A DNA stretch of 64,000 nucleotides from Rebecca billardiae RCC1528 (Eukaryota; Protista; Haptophyta), in the NCBI GenBank assembly GCA_965240325.2, contig OZ251223.1, forward strand, positions 2,170,001 through 2,234,000, in the 5' to 3' direction. A program made the position numbers and the translations under genes. This document shows, piece after piece, positions 43,732 to 55,224 of this stretch. Positions within the stretch are counted from its first letter, which is position 1. Each line of letters starts with the position of its first letter. Below the pieces are notes generated by a model. The model made no database searches, was not told the DNA's origin, and worked only from the letters and a program-made list of their open reading frames with translations.

Positions 43732-44703
43732 TCATTCTATGACGATTTAATCGACACGAAGTCGGCGTTGGTGGCAGAGCGTAGCCTGCACCGCGATCGT
43801 AAAGCTTGAGCGCGGCCTTGAGCTGCTGAAGCGCGATCCACCCGCGCTCGGCGCTGCGCGGCTCGCATGGACCTGCTGTGCCCCGAGCGAGCCCGCGACG
43901 GGCGCGAGGGCGAAAGTGCAGGTCCGGATGTCAGCTGGCAGTCTCAGCCGCTTGTAGCAGCTGGTCGAGCCTGCCCCGTGCTCCCCGGGCGGTCGCGTAC
44001 GCGCTTGCTGCTCGAGCTGAAAAGAAATCGCCACTCGCCAGATTTCTTCTCGCGCGCGCTGTTTTTGTTTTTTTGGCGGCGTCGGAGCAGCCGCGGCCGG
44101 GCGGCTAGACTGGCGCCTGGCGTGGCGCCGGCGGCAGCCCTGCTCAGCCTCACCGTTCACGTTGTCAGCCTGCAGCCAGCCTGGCAGTGTGGCACAGCGC
44201 ACACTTCACACTTGACACTCCTCGCAAGGGCAGCGGCGCGTGCGACGTTGAGTCAAGCCTCAAGGGCTTGGTTACCGGGTGGTGCAAGGGGCTCCGCCGC
44301 CTACAGCTCGGGTAGCGCGCATCTGAATAAAATACCGCCCGAATCATCATTATACGCGGAGTCTAGGCTCTATAGCTAGTACTGGACTCTACGGGCTTAG
44401 ACTATAGTAGCAGTAACTTAGAGTCTGAGCATACTTGTGACTCACGGTCAGACTCTTAAAATGTGATTAGTGCTAGATTACGGTCCGTGACGAACAATAC
44501 TATTGCTACTGTAGCTAACCGTCACTCGTCAGGATATCGAATACACCGCGGAACGCGCAGGTCATTATTATTATTTATTAACGACGCGACGACAGATTCA
44601 CGACTGTCACTGTGCTGCTCATCGGAATTGACTCCGCCAGTCCGCCTTCAGCAGCCGTGCAGATCACGCCGATGATGACGGCGATGTGCGCACTCCGCCA
44701 GGC

Positions 44704-45594
44704 TCAGCCGAAGCCGAGGCGGAGCGCGAGGGCGGCGAGCACGCGCAGCCGTCCTGCGCGCACGTCTGGCCTCAGCACATCGTACTGCGCACGCTCGAGT
44801 GCGCGCAGGTGCGCGGCGCACACGGCGGCGGGCGCGAGCGCGGCGCGCACGGCATATGGCTGCTGCCGCGCGAGCGCGTCGCCCGCAAGCAGCGCGTCGC
44901 GCGCCTGTGCCGCGCAGGCGCGGACGGCGTCACGAAGCGCAGGTGAGCCCCGCCCATTGAGCAGCTCACCGACGAGCGCTTTCCCGCCGTGCTTGTCGGT
45001 GAGCGTGCGCGGCAGGTATGTGTACCCCTGCGCGGCGTGGTGGGCGGCGCCACACAGCAGCGTCACGATGCCGTGCGCGCGTCCGATGTGCGCCGCGGCT
45101 TCGTGCGCGGCGTCAGCGCGGGCCGCGTCGCTCCTCGCGCCCTCGTCCACGCCCACCGCCTCCAGCGCCGCGTGGAGCAGCGCGCCCGCCGTCCCATCCG
45201 CGTACGCGTGCACCCACCGCTCGTCCTCAGGCTGCGTCACGAGCTCGAGGTCGTGCTCGCGCTCGTCGATGAGCTGGTCGAGCCAGGGCCGGATGAGGGG
45301 GCGGGCTACGAGGGCGTGCGAGACAGCCTCGACGATCGGGTTGGGCAGGGGCTCGCCGCGAGCCGCGCCGTCCAGCGCGTCGCGCCACCACTGCATGCGC
45401 ATCCGCCGGATCGTCGGCTCGCTCACCACCTCGCGCACGCGCGCGAGCTCCGTGTTGAGCGCGTGCACGGCGAAGACGGCGGGCCGCGCGTCGCGGGGTA
45501 GGAAGAGGTTGCACACGTACCGCTCGCGATCCGCCTCCTGCACGCGCGCCACGCAGTGCGCGATGCTACGCGCCGACGCTCGATATGCTCGCAT
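44704..45594 (-). CDS. NDUFAF6-like (squalene/phytoene synthase family) complex I assembly factor (alternative start 45654)
   Basis: HCVARVQEADRERYVCNLFLP...VFAVHALNTELARVREVVSEP...RMQWWRDAL; AAAHIGRAHGIVTLL. Confidence 0.85.
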   Translation of the reverse strand: MRAYRASARSIAHCVARVQEADRERYVCNLFLPRDARPAVFAVHALNTELARVREVVSEPTIRRMRMQWWRDALDGAARGEPLPNPIVEAVSHALVARPLIRPWLDQLIDEREHDLELVTQPEDERWVHAYADGTAGALLHAALEAVGVDEGARSDAARADAAHEAAAHIGRAHGIVTLLCGAAHHAAQGYTYLPRTLTDKHGGKALVGELLNGRGSPALRDAVRACAAQARDALLAGDALARQQPYAVRAALAPAAVCAAHLRALERAQYDVLRPDVRAGRLRVLAALALRLGFG

Positions 45595-45662
45595 CGCGGA
45601 TGCAACACGATCGTCGTGCTCCTTCGTTCCGGCCCGCGCCGCTCCTCGCGGCATCGCAGCCC

Positions 45663-47788
45663 ATGGCGGCGGGGGCCATGTGGGCTGCAGTCGTGCTGTG
45701 CCTGGGCACGGCCGCACCCTCCCTGCACACCGCCTTCTCGGCGGAGTGCACCCACCAGTTCGACTGGTTCTCCGTCGGCCTCTTCTACAGCCACAGGCTC
45801 GCCGGCCAGCCTGGGCCGATCACGCGCCTGCTCGCGTGCACCGAGGAGGCGCTGCGCACTTACCGCGGCCTCGACATCGGCCCGACCTTTGTGCACCCCA
45901 ACCTGCGCGAGCACCCGCTCGTCGCCGAGAAGGGCTACCCGTCGTACAACAAGCCCGGCTCGCTCATGTTCTGGCTCGACTCGGCGCGCGCGCCCCGCGA
46001 GACTTACATTTTCTTCGTGGACGCAGACATGATGCTGCGGCAGCCGGTGGACGCGCACGCGCTCGGCGCCTCGAGGGGCACCGTCGTGTCGGCGGAGTAC
46101 ACGTACCTCGTGGGCACGGACACGGGGTTCGCGGCGCGCTTCATCCGCTCCTCCATCCTCCACCGCCAGGCGCAGGTCGGTGGCTTCCACATCCTCCACC
46201 GCGAGGACGTGCGGCGCATCTGCCCCAAGTGGTTCGACTTCACCCGGCGCGTGCGCGCGTTCGCGGCGGAGCACCCGGACGAGTTCTTCGCCGAGTCGAT
46301 GCACCTGAAGACGGAGGAGGAGGCGGACCAGGGGCTCCGCGCCGTGCGGCACAAGCAGGCCAAGTGGCACTCCGAGATGTACGGCTACGTCTTTGCCGCC
46401 GCCGAGGAGGGGATGCGGCACGTGGTCGTGCGAGACCTGATGCTCTACCCCGGCTACGTGCCTTACCTGAACCGCCCGCCGACGCTGCTGCACTACGGCG
46501 CGGACTACAAGGTGGCGCGCGTGCCCGCCGCGCCGGGCGAGCCGGAGGACATCAGGCCGCCCGAGGGCCACGCCATCCACTCGGAAGACTTCTACTTCAA
46601 CAAGATGTGCGCGCTTTGGCATGCCCGAGGCTCGCCCGCCGCGCGGGCCACTGCGGCGCGCTCGCGCGCGCCACGCACGGCGCTGCCCGACCACGGCCCC
46701 CGCGCTGACAGCCGTCTCCACGCGCGCGCCGCGGCGTGCGACCGGCCCCCCAACCGCCCCGCCCCACGGCGTGCAGGTCGCACACGCAGTTCGACATTTC
46801 CTCGTGCCCGAGCAAGCTGCCGTTTGGCACGCCGCCGCCCATCCGCGGCGTGCCGCACGGCCAGGCCGACGAGGTGCTGCGCTCGAAGCGCGACCTGGTG
46901 TGCATCGAGCACGTGCGCATGCTGAACGCGGCGATGTGCGAGTACATCCGCGCGCACTGCGATCAGCCCGGCTGGCCGACCGAGTGCTCCACCATGTCCG
47001 CCGCCGAGCACGACCGCGCCGTGCTCGAGGCGCGCGAGGCGTTCTCACGCTCGTGCGTCGACCTCCACCCAGAGTGCCGCCGCTGGGCGACGCGCGGCGA
47101 GTGCCAGAAGAACGCGGGGTACATGATGAGCACGTGCGCGGTGAGCTGCGAGTCGTGCACGGGGCCGCCCACCGAGCTGCTCGTCAAGCAGACCGCCGGC
47201 ATCGGCAACTGGACCGAGCCGGACTTTGCGCTCCCGGAGGCCGGCGCACCGCTCGACGCCGGGCTGAGCGTCGACGAGCTGCTCCGGGCCGCGCGCCTCT
47301 CGCGCGATGTCGTCACCATCGACCCGCAGCTCCGCGCGGGCGCGGGCGTGAAGCAGGGCGAGGCAGTTGCGGCGGCGCCGAGCGCCGATGACGCGGAGGA
47401 CGAGATCGCAGCCGAGGTGGCCGCGGCGGGCGCGGCCGAGGAGGCGGCGGCGGAGGCGGCAGAGGCGATTGCGGCCGAGCCGGAGGCGGACGCGGACGCA
47501 GGCGCGGACGCGGACGAGCCTGCCGAAGCGCAGCCGGCGGACGGTTCCGCGGAAGCGTCGAGGAGGCGAGGCCGCAGGGGGCGCGAAGGAGGCAGCGCTG
47601 CCGGCAGCGCCGGCATCGAATGGCACTGGATCGTCGTGGCGTTCCTCATCGCCATCGGCTTTGTTCCTGTCGTGCGCATGTATCTCTGCCCGCGCCCGCC
47701 CAGGCATCCGCGCGGGCGGAAAGCACGCGACAGCGGCTTCGGCTCAAAGGCTGGGGAGGAAGAGCCCGGCGGGTACAAGAGCGTGTAG
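45663..47788 (+). CDS. Peptidyl-serine alpha-galactosyltransferase (SERGT1)-like with ShKT domain and C-terminal TM; intron 46607-46776
   Basis: HTAFSAEC..FDW, QPGPITRLL, YNKPG, VDADM, VGG, SEMYGYVFAAA and LLHYG motifs. ShKT: CVDLHPECRRWATRGECQKNAGYMMSTCAVSCESC. Confidence 0.88.
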
Positions 47789-48108
47789 CAGTTAGAAGGA
47801 TGTCGATGTCCACAATGGGCTTATTCAATTATTGGCACCGATGTATTATTATATAAGCATATTCGGATCCGTATTCGGTATTATTGGACGTTTAATATAT
47901 GATCAGATATATATATATATATTGTATATATGTATTATTGCGACTAATGGCCCGCGGTGCAGGGCGGAGCGCGCAGCGTGGAGCCCGCACCAGCGGGCCC
48001 GAACCACGTTTCAAAAAGATCTTTGATCAAGAAAAAAGGGACGGGGGGCGATTTTTAGGGCTGGCGGAGACCGAGTTTCGAGTTTTTGAGATCGCATAGA
48101 GAGGTCTA

Positions 48109-48962
48109 TGTTGAGCTGACGAGGCCAGGGGCGCGCATCTCAGCAGATGGCGTCGCCGGCGGTGAGTCAGGGCCGGTGCTGCAGCAGGCAGACCGGCGGC
48201 GCAGCTGCTGCAGAGCAGCAGTGCGGATGAACTGGCACAGTCTGGGGCACGCATCTCAGCAGATGGCGTTGCCGCTGGGGTGTCAGGGCTGGCGCCGCAT
48301 CAGGCGGGCCGGCGGTAGCAGCTGCTGCGGAGCAGTGGCTGGCAGCGCGCGCGTCCAGGACGCGCGCGGCAGCAGACGCGCGAGCGCGGAGCAGCGCGGG
48401 CGCAGCGGCGCGGGCGCGGAGCAGCGCGGGGCGCGCGGAGCAGCGCGGAGCAGCGCGGAGCAGCGCGGAGCAGCGCGGAGCAGCGCGGAGCAGCGCGGAG
48501 CAGCGCGGAGCAGCGCGGAGCAGCGCGGAGCAGCGCGGAGCAGCGCGGAGCAGCGCGGAGCAGCGCGGAGCAGCGCGGAGCAGCGCGGAGCAGCGCGGGC
48601 GTCATGCTGGTACACTGGATTTGTCCAAGGAAAGCAGGTGAGCAGCACCGGACATGGACGAGAAGCAGTGGTACAAAGTTGAGCGGCAACAGGACGGACG
48701 GTGCGATCGCCGATTGGCTGATCGCGGCAAAATCTGGGTAAGTCGGCACGGCGATGATACTACCGCCCCGAGCCCAGGAGCGATCGGAGCTCGATCGCTG
48801 TTTTGGCCCGGCGCAAGAGCGCCGGAAATAAGGGCCAGGTTCAGAGGCTTGAGAGCTGATGAGATCGCGAGGCATGTGATCCTCGCGGTGGCGTCCGTCC
48901 TGTCGTGCGCGGTGAGCTTTTAGCAGGGCTCGAGACGCTCGGAGCTTGCGGTAATCCCAATA
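48109..48962 (+). repeat. 5' LTR containing a (GGAGCAGCGC)n minisatellite
   Basis: Starts TGTTG, ends CAATA; identical by eye to the 3' LTR. Confidence 0.95.
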
Positions 48963-51563
48963 TGCGCGCAGCAACCCCAGGGAGGGAGTTGTCCGCACTG
49001 TCCTTTCTCATCGATTGGGCTGATGGGCACGAGCGGCCGCGGTTGCAGGATGGGCGGAACGAGGAACTCTGGCGTCGCATGGAATGCAGCAGAGGTTCCT
49101 GGCCGAGAGCGCGGGCAAACTGGCGACGCTCTCGATGGGGCATGGCGCTACGATGCCAGGGATCATCGGCATCATCTCCGCGCATGGCCCGGACGCGGAA
49201 CTTCGCGTCGATTGGGAGGAACAGTACCTGTCGGTGATGAGCCCGACACGACAGCCTCCCGGAAGCTCACGATTGGATCTGAGCGGATGCAGCTGGTGCA
49301 GGAGAACTACTGCGTGCAGCGGCGGATGACTGAGCAGCGCTACTGGCACGATCGGCGCGAGCACGCACCCCGAGCGCCGGGTGGCTGCACGGCAGCTGAC
49401 GGCGGCGACGGCGGGCTCGGCGATCTACTCGGAGGGGCTGGCTCATCAACCTGTCCGGTGGTCTAGGGCACCGGATGGCGGCTGGCAGCTGGACTGGGTT
49501 TTGCGGTCCGGCTGGCACGGCTGGCACGACCGGACTGGACACAGGTCCGGCGGTTGGCACACCCGGATCTATCGGAATCGTCCGGGTGGAATCTGGCGAC
49601 ACGAGCGCCGTTACGGCGGCGGGCAGTGCTTGGCACTGGTCCTACGCCGGCAGCTGACGCGAGGCGCAGCTGGCAGTGCCACCGAGATGGCGGCGCTGGC
49701 GCGACTGTTGAGTCGCGGGAATCGCGCGCGCGCGAGGCGCGAGCGCGGGATCATGACGGGGCGGCGCAGCGGTGCCGAGACTACGTCTGCAGCTGACGCG
49801 AGGCGCAGCTGGCAGTGCCGCCGAGACGGCGGCGCTGGCGCGATCTTTGAGTCGCGGTATCCGCGCGCGCGCAAGGCGCGAGTGCGGGGTGACGGCGGGG
49901 CAGTGCATGGCACTCGGCCCACGCCGGGAGGTTCAGCTCGATTCCATGCTGCGGGCCGAGATCATTCGGCGGCAGGTGGGGACCCGACGCTGAGGCGTCG
50001 GAAGCACACGCACGGCGCAGGACGCCGGTGCGGCGTGTGTGCGCGCAGCAGCGCGCGGCAGTGGCTCGGCGGCGCTGGGCGCACCGAACCAGGTGGTCGT
50101 ACGCCCGGTGGTGGCGGCGGCACCCACACGTCCACGCACGAAGCTCATCGCCTGGCTCAGGCGGCGGTGGCGACGGCGGGGATCGTGGCGGCGGCCAAGA
50201 CGGCGGAGAGATACCGACTGGCTGCGAGGGCGGAGGAGGCAGCGGCGGCGGCGATCAGCGCGCGCCGCGCGCGGAGCAGCTCCGTGGCTTCAACGTACTC
50301 TGGTACGTATGTCGTGTAGACGACGGACGTCTCTTCACTTGCGTGACGTACGCATCGACGAGACCGACCTGGTCGAGGGGGGGCACTCGTCGCTGGGCGC
50401 ACCTGACGGTGGCGCGTACGTGGGTGATGGTGACGGCGCCGCGGTAAGCGGCGGACATCGTCCGGTCGGCGGTGACGCCGACGGTGAGGACGAGGACGGC
50501 GACGGCGGCGAGCAGCCAGCCGACGCCGGGAATGACGACGCGACAGAGTTCGACGTCGGGTACGACGACGACGCAGATGCGTCAACGTCGGGGCGCGGGC
50601 GCAGCAGCGTGGACGCGGGACAGCGCGGGTGCAGCAGCGCGGGCGCGGATGACGGCGACGGCGGCGAGCAGCCAGCCGACGCCGGGAATGACGACGCGAC
50701 AGAGTTCGACGTCGGGTACGACGACGACGCAGATGCGTCAACGTCGGGGCGCGGGCGCAGCAGCGTGGACGCGGGACAGCGCGGGTGCAGCAGCGCGGGC
50801 GCACAGCCGTCGACGCCGACGCCGCAGGGCGGGCGTGGCGGGACAGGCGCGTCGATGACGCAGCCGGGTCGGCAGGGTCAGATACCGCCGGCGGAATCAC
50901 GGCGCGGGGCCGCAGCAGATGCTGGCGGGCCGCCGCGCGGCGCAGGACGATGACGGCGACGGCGGCGAGCCGCCGGCCGACGCCGGTGACGACGACGCGA
51001 CGGAGTTCGACGTCAGGAACGACGGCGACGCAGATGCGTCGGCGTCGGCGCGCGAGCGCGGCAGCGCGGACGCGGAACAGCGCGCGGGCGCGGCAGCGCG
51101 GGCGCGGAACAGCGCGCGGGCGCAGCAGCGCGGGCGCGGAACAGCGCGCGAGCGCAGCAGCGCGGGCGCGGAGCGCGCAGGCGCGGCAGCGCAGGTGCGG
51201 AACAGCGCACGGGCGCGGCAGCGCAGGCGCGGAACAGCGCGCGGGCGCAGCAGCGCGTGCGCACAGCCGTCGACGCCGACGCCGCAGGGCGGGCGTGGCG
51301 GAGCAGGCGCGTCAGCGACACAGCCTGGGTCGGCAGGGTCGGATCCCGCCGACGGAATCCCGGCGCGGGGCCGCAGCAGATGCTGGCGGGCCGCCGCGTA
51401 GCACAGGTGCGCGGGCGCAGCAGCGCGGGCGCGGGTCAGCGCGGGCGCAGCAGCGCGGGCGCACGGGCGCACAGCCGCCGATGCCGCAGGCCGGCGATCG
51501 GGGCGGTGCGGGCGCGCCATGGGCGCAGTCGCACTGGTGGTATGAGATACCACCGGCGCAACT

Positions 51564-52010
51564 TTGGCGCGGGACCGCCGCGCAGATGCGGGCGGGTTGC
51601 CGCGGGTCGCAGAGGCGATCGATGGCGGGCTCGAGCGATTCGGCACGAACGCGAGCACGCGGATACGGCTGCCAGAGGCAGCGGCGCGCGCAAGGCTGAC
51701 CGACGCGGACAAGGCGTTGGTCCAGCGCGCGGAGATTGACGAGCTCGACGACTTGCTCACTTTGGGTGACTCTGTTTGGTCTAACAACCCAGGGGAATCC
51801 GGGTGGAGGTCGACGGGTGGCTGCATCATTGTCTTCTACAATGGATCGCCGGTGTCGTGGCACAGCAGCGGGCTGCAGGTTATGGCCCAGCTGAGCTCGA
51901 CGGAGGCGGAGTACGTGGCGTGAGGTCAATGTACCACGCCGACATCATGACGAAGGCGACGGACGACGCTGCTACGTTTGAGTGGCACGTCGACGCCATC
52001 ATGGTGTGCG
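51564..52010 (+). pseudogene. Deleted copia pol remnant (start of RT fused to RNase H, premature stop)
   Basis: RLPEAAARARL..D...QRAEIDELDDLL joins directly to DSVWS...STEAEYVA*, with ADIMTKA in another frame. Confidence 0.8.
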
Positions 52011-52072
52011 ACACCCGACGCGCGCGCGATGAGCGGTGCTACTCGCTCGCGGCTATGGCTGTCGAGGGGGGG

Positions 52073-52926
52073 TGTTGAGCTGACGAGGCCAGGGGCGCGC
52101 ATCTCAGCAGATGGCGTCGCCGGCGGTGAGTCAGGGCCGGTGCTGCAGCAGGCAGACCGGCGGCGCAGCTGCTGCAGAGCAGCAGTGCGGATGAACTGGC
52201 ACAGTCTGGGGCACGCATCTCAGCAGATGGCGTTGCCGCTGGGGTGTCAGGGCTGGCGCCGCATCAGGCGGGCCGGCGGTAGCAGCTGCTGCGGAGCAGT
52301 GGCTGGCAGCGCGCGCGTCCAGGACGCGCGCGGCAGCAGACGCGCGAGCGCGGAGCAGCGCGGGCGCAGCGGCGCGGGCGCGGAGCAGCGCGGGGCGCGC
52401 GGAGCAGCGCGGAGCAGCGCGGAGCAGCGCGGAGCAGCGCGGAGCAGCGCGGAGCAGCGCGGAGCAGCGCGGAGCAGCGCGGAGCAGCGCGGAGCAGCGC
52501 GGAGCAGCGCGGAGCAGCGCGGAGCAGCGCGGAGCAGCGCGGAGCAGCGCGGAGCAGCGCGGGCGTCATGCTGGTACACTGGATTTGTCCAAGGAAAGCA
52601 GGTGAGCAGCACCGGACATGGACGAGAAGCAGTGGTACAAAGTTGAGCGGCAACAGGACGGACGGTGCGATCGCCGATTGGCTGATCGCGGCAAAATCTG
52701 GGTAAGTCGGCACGGCGATGATACTACCGCCCCGAGCCCAGGAGCGATCGGAGCTCGATCGCTGTTTTGGCCCGGCGCAAGAGCGCCGGAAATAAGGGCC
52801 AGGTTCAGAGGCTTGAGAGCTGATGAGATCGCGAGGCATGTGATCCTCGCGGTGGCGTCCGTCCTGTCGTGCGCGGTGAGCTTTTAGCAGGGCTCGAGAC
52901 GCTCGGAGCTTGCGGTAATCCCAATA
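52073..52926 (+). repeat. 3' LTR
   Basis: Same sequence and length as the 5' LTR; preceded by the PPT and followed by the TSD. Confidence 0.95.
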
Positions 52927-55224
52927 GTCTATTAGGCCGAAAAAAAGCGCGTCCAGCTGATTCCCTTAAGTAAAGTGCGATCTGGACGTCAGCTGGACGT
53001 GACATTAGTGTAACGGTTCGTTACGAGCGCGATTTTGTGGGTAGACTCTCGTTCATGTGTGATAGTTTGCCTCCGCCTTGATGAATATGAACTTGGCTTC
53101 GCGGCGGTTGGTATCTAGAGTCTAAAACCCGCAAGCCTTATTGAAAATACCCGCGCAGCTATTCGTTGCCAGCCCATTCCATAGTCACTGACTTACCGAG
53201 CTGGCGAGCTCAAAACCTGCCGCCGTCGCAAGCACGTGACGCGCAGGTTCCTTCGGGGTGGCGAGCGAGCCGCGACGACTCTTGCGGTCCAAGCCTCCAA
53301 GGGGGCGCTCGATGGGCAGGTGCGCGTGGCAAGTGCCGAGTGGCGCCTGGAGCGCGCGTCTGCGGCGGGTCCCGACGGCCGTCGACATCGCGTTCGTGCC
53401 CGCTCACTAGTCACTCCGCACGCCCCTGCCGCGCCCTGTCGATGCCTGCGCGGCCGGCCGGCGCGCGGCCGCGCCGCCGCCGCCGCAGCCGCCGCCCTGT
53501 GTTCGGGCTCTCGCAAGCTCGGGGGCAGCGGCGCATGATGCCGGACTGATCGATCTCTGAGTCTCCGACTTCACCACACGCCCCCCTTGCCATGCCTCTC
53601 CGCCAGGGTCTCCCAGAACTCTTCTTCAGAGCAGGCGCAAGTCGAACTCGGAACTGGCCGCGGCCCCGCGCGCCGTCGGCTCCCCGTGGCTGTCAGCTCC
53701 GCGTGGCCTGGGCGCCTGGCGTGCCCAGAGCTGGCCGTGCCTCTGCGACGCGTGCCGAGCCTGACCGAGGTGTGTCACCCCGTGCACGCGCGGCGCGCGC
53801 AAGCACCGGTGCTGCATGGCTGCTCGCACCGTGCTCCCTGGCTCGCGGTCAGTCAGCTCGGCCGCGTGGTGCCTGGTGTGCACGTAGAGTCGCGCTCATG
53901 CGTCGCTCACGCCTCGCGCCCGCCTGTCGGCCGTCGCGCAGGCGCGCAGGTCGAACCCTACTGACCTGCAGATCATCTACTCCTGCGCTGCTGGCGTCGC
54001 GGCGACGACGGTCAGCGGCAGGCCCGAACGAACGGTCGAATCCGCGCGGTCCCGCGCCGTCCGGCTCCCTGGCTGTCAGTCAGCTCCGCCGGTGGCCTGG
54101 CGTGCAACAGTCGCGCTCGTGCGTCGATCACGCCGAGTCGCATCCGCCTGTCGGCCGTCGCGCACGCGCAGGGGGTCAGGTAAGGGCCGTCTGTGATGAG
54201 GGCAGCTCGGCCGACGACCGACATCCACACTCGGCGCACGCCGGCGGCGGCGCGGCGCTGGGGCGGCGCGCCGCTGGATGGAGTCTAGTTACACGTGTAC
54301 GGGACGACTGCGACGGAGGGTGCACCGCCACCGCGGGCCCCGAACTACGTTCGTTCTACGGAAAAGGACCGCGGAACGCGGTCATAATGCCGAATATAAG
54401 TTCGGTGTTATTACTAATACGCTTTTAAATAATACTAAGCTACGACTATGACGAGCAGTATGTCTACATATGATAGCAAATTGTTTCAAGTATTCAGCTA
54501 TTCAAGTTGACTGATGGCAAGTGTTGTGACATGCTGAGCCTCCTCAGGCTCAGGCCTGAGCCTGAGGCTGAGGCAGTGCCATCGGAGCGGTCATGCACAA
54601 GTTTATAAATGCAGCACTGCACTTTATCTGAGTTAATGCCACGGCTTGACGCTACAGTTAACTAAGAATAAGAGACGCACACAGCTACCTGTGTCGTTAA
54701 ATCATAGAATGAGCTCAAGCAGGCGACTGGCGAGAACGACGCCCACTTACGGGGCGTAACGTGGCACGTCGCTCGGTCAGACGCTCGTCCCGCGCCTCCC
54801 GCGGTCGGGCGGGCGCGGAGCCAGCGGGGGAGCGCGCCGGGTTCTAGGAGTACTAAAGCGATGCGCTTGAAGCCCGCGTAGACTGCCGTCGTCGTTGTAA
54901 GTTGTTCGCCACCGACGCCAGGGCACTGAGTTTCACACTCTCGCCCTCGGCTGTTCCGGACACCATATGGCAAATAATTCGTCGATCGAAGACGAAGGGG
55001 CCGCCACCCTTGGGGCCACGGCGCGAAAATGCATAGTAGTAGAACTAGTACTAAGCTAGATAGTGATGTCGAAATCATAGTAATAGCAGAGCGAGTATTT
55101 ATGCGATTATCATAGTATGATGATGACCATCAAGGGTAAATACTCACGCTGCGGTACGGTCCTTTTTTGGATTTTTTGATGATATAGACGACGCTCCGGT
55201 GCCGCCGGTGCATGCGAGGCGCGC

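Larger units (their letters stand above)
48109..52926 (+). mobile_element. Non-autonomous Ty1/copia LTR retrotransposon
   Basis: 854-bp LTRs at 48109-48962 and 52073-52926; 5-bp TSD GTCTA (48104-48108, 52927-52931); polypurine tract GAGGGGGGG before the 3' LTR. Copia RNase H remnant RSTGG...GSPVSW.S..Q...LSSTEAEYVA...ADIMTKA and integrase-adjacent RDVRIDE. Confidence 0.95.
47948..54384 (-). mobile_element. TAA-flanked TIR element (same family as 5995-7836), interrupted by the LTR retrotransposon
   Basis: TAA|TGGCCCGCGG ... ACGCGGTCA|TAA; both ends are homologous to the ends of 5995-7836. Confidence 0.6.

Noticed and set aside
48436-48597. Regular repeats as a possible CRISPR array
   Set aside because: Spacer-less 10-bp tandem minisatellite inside LTRs; eukaryotic context and no cas genes.
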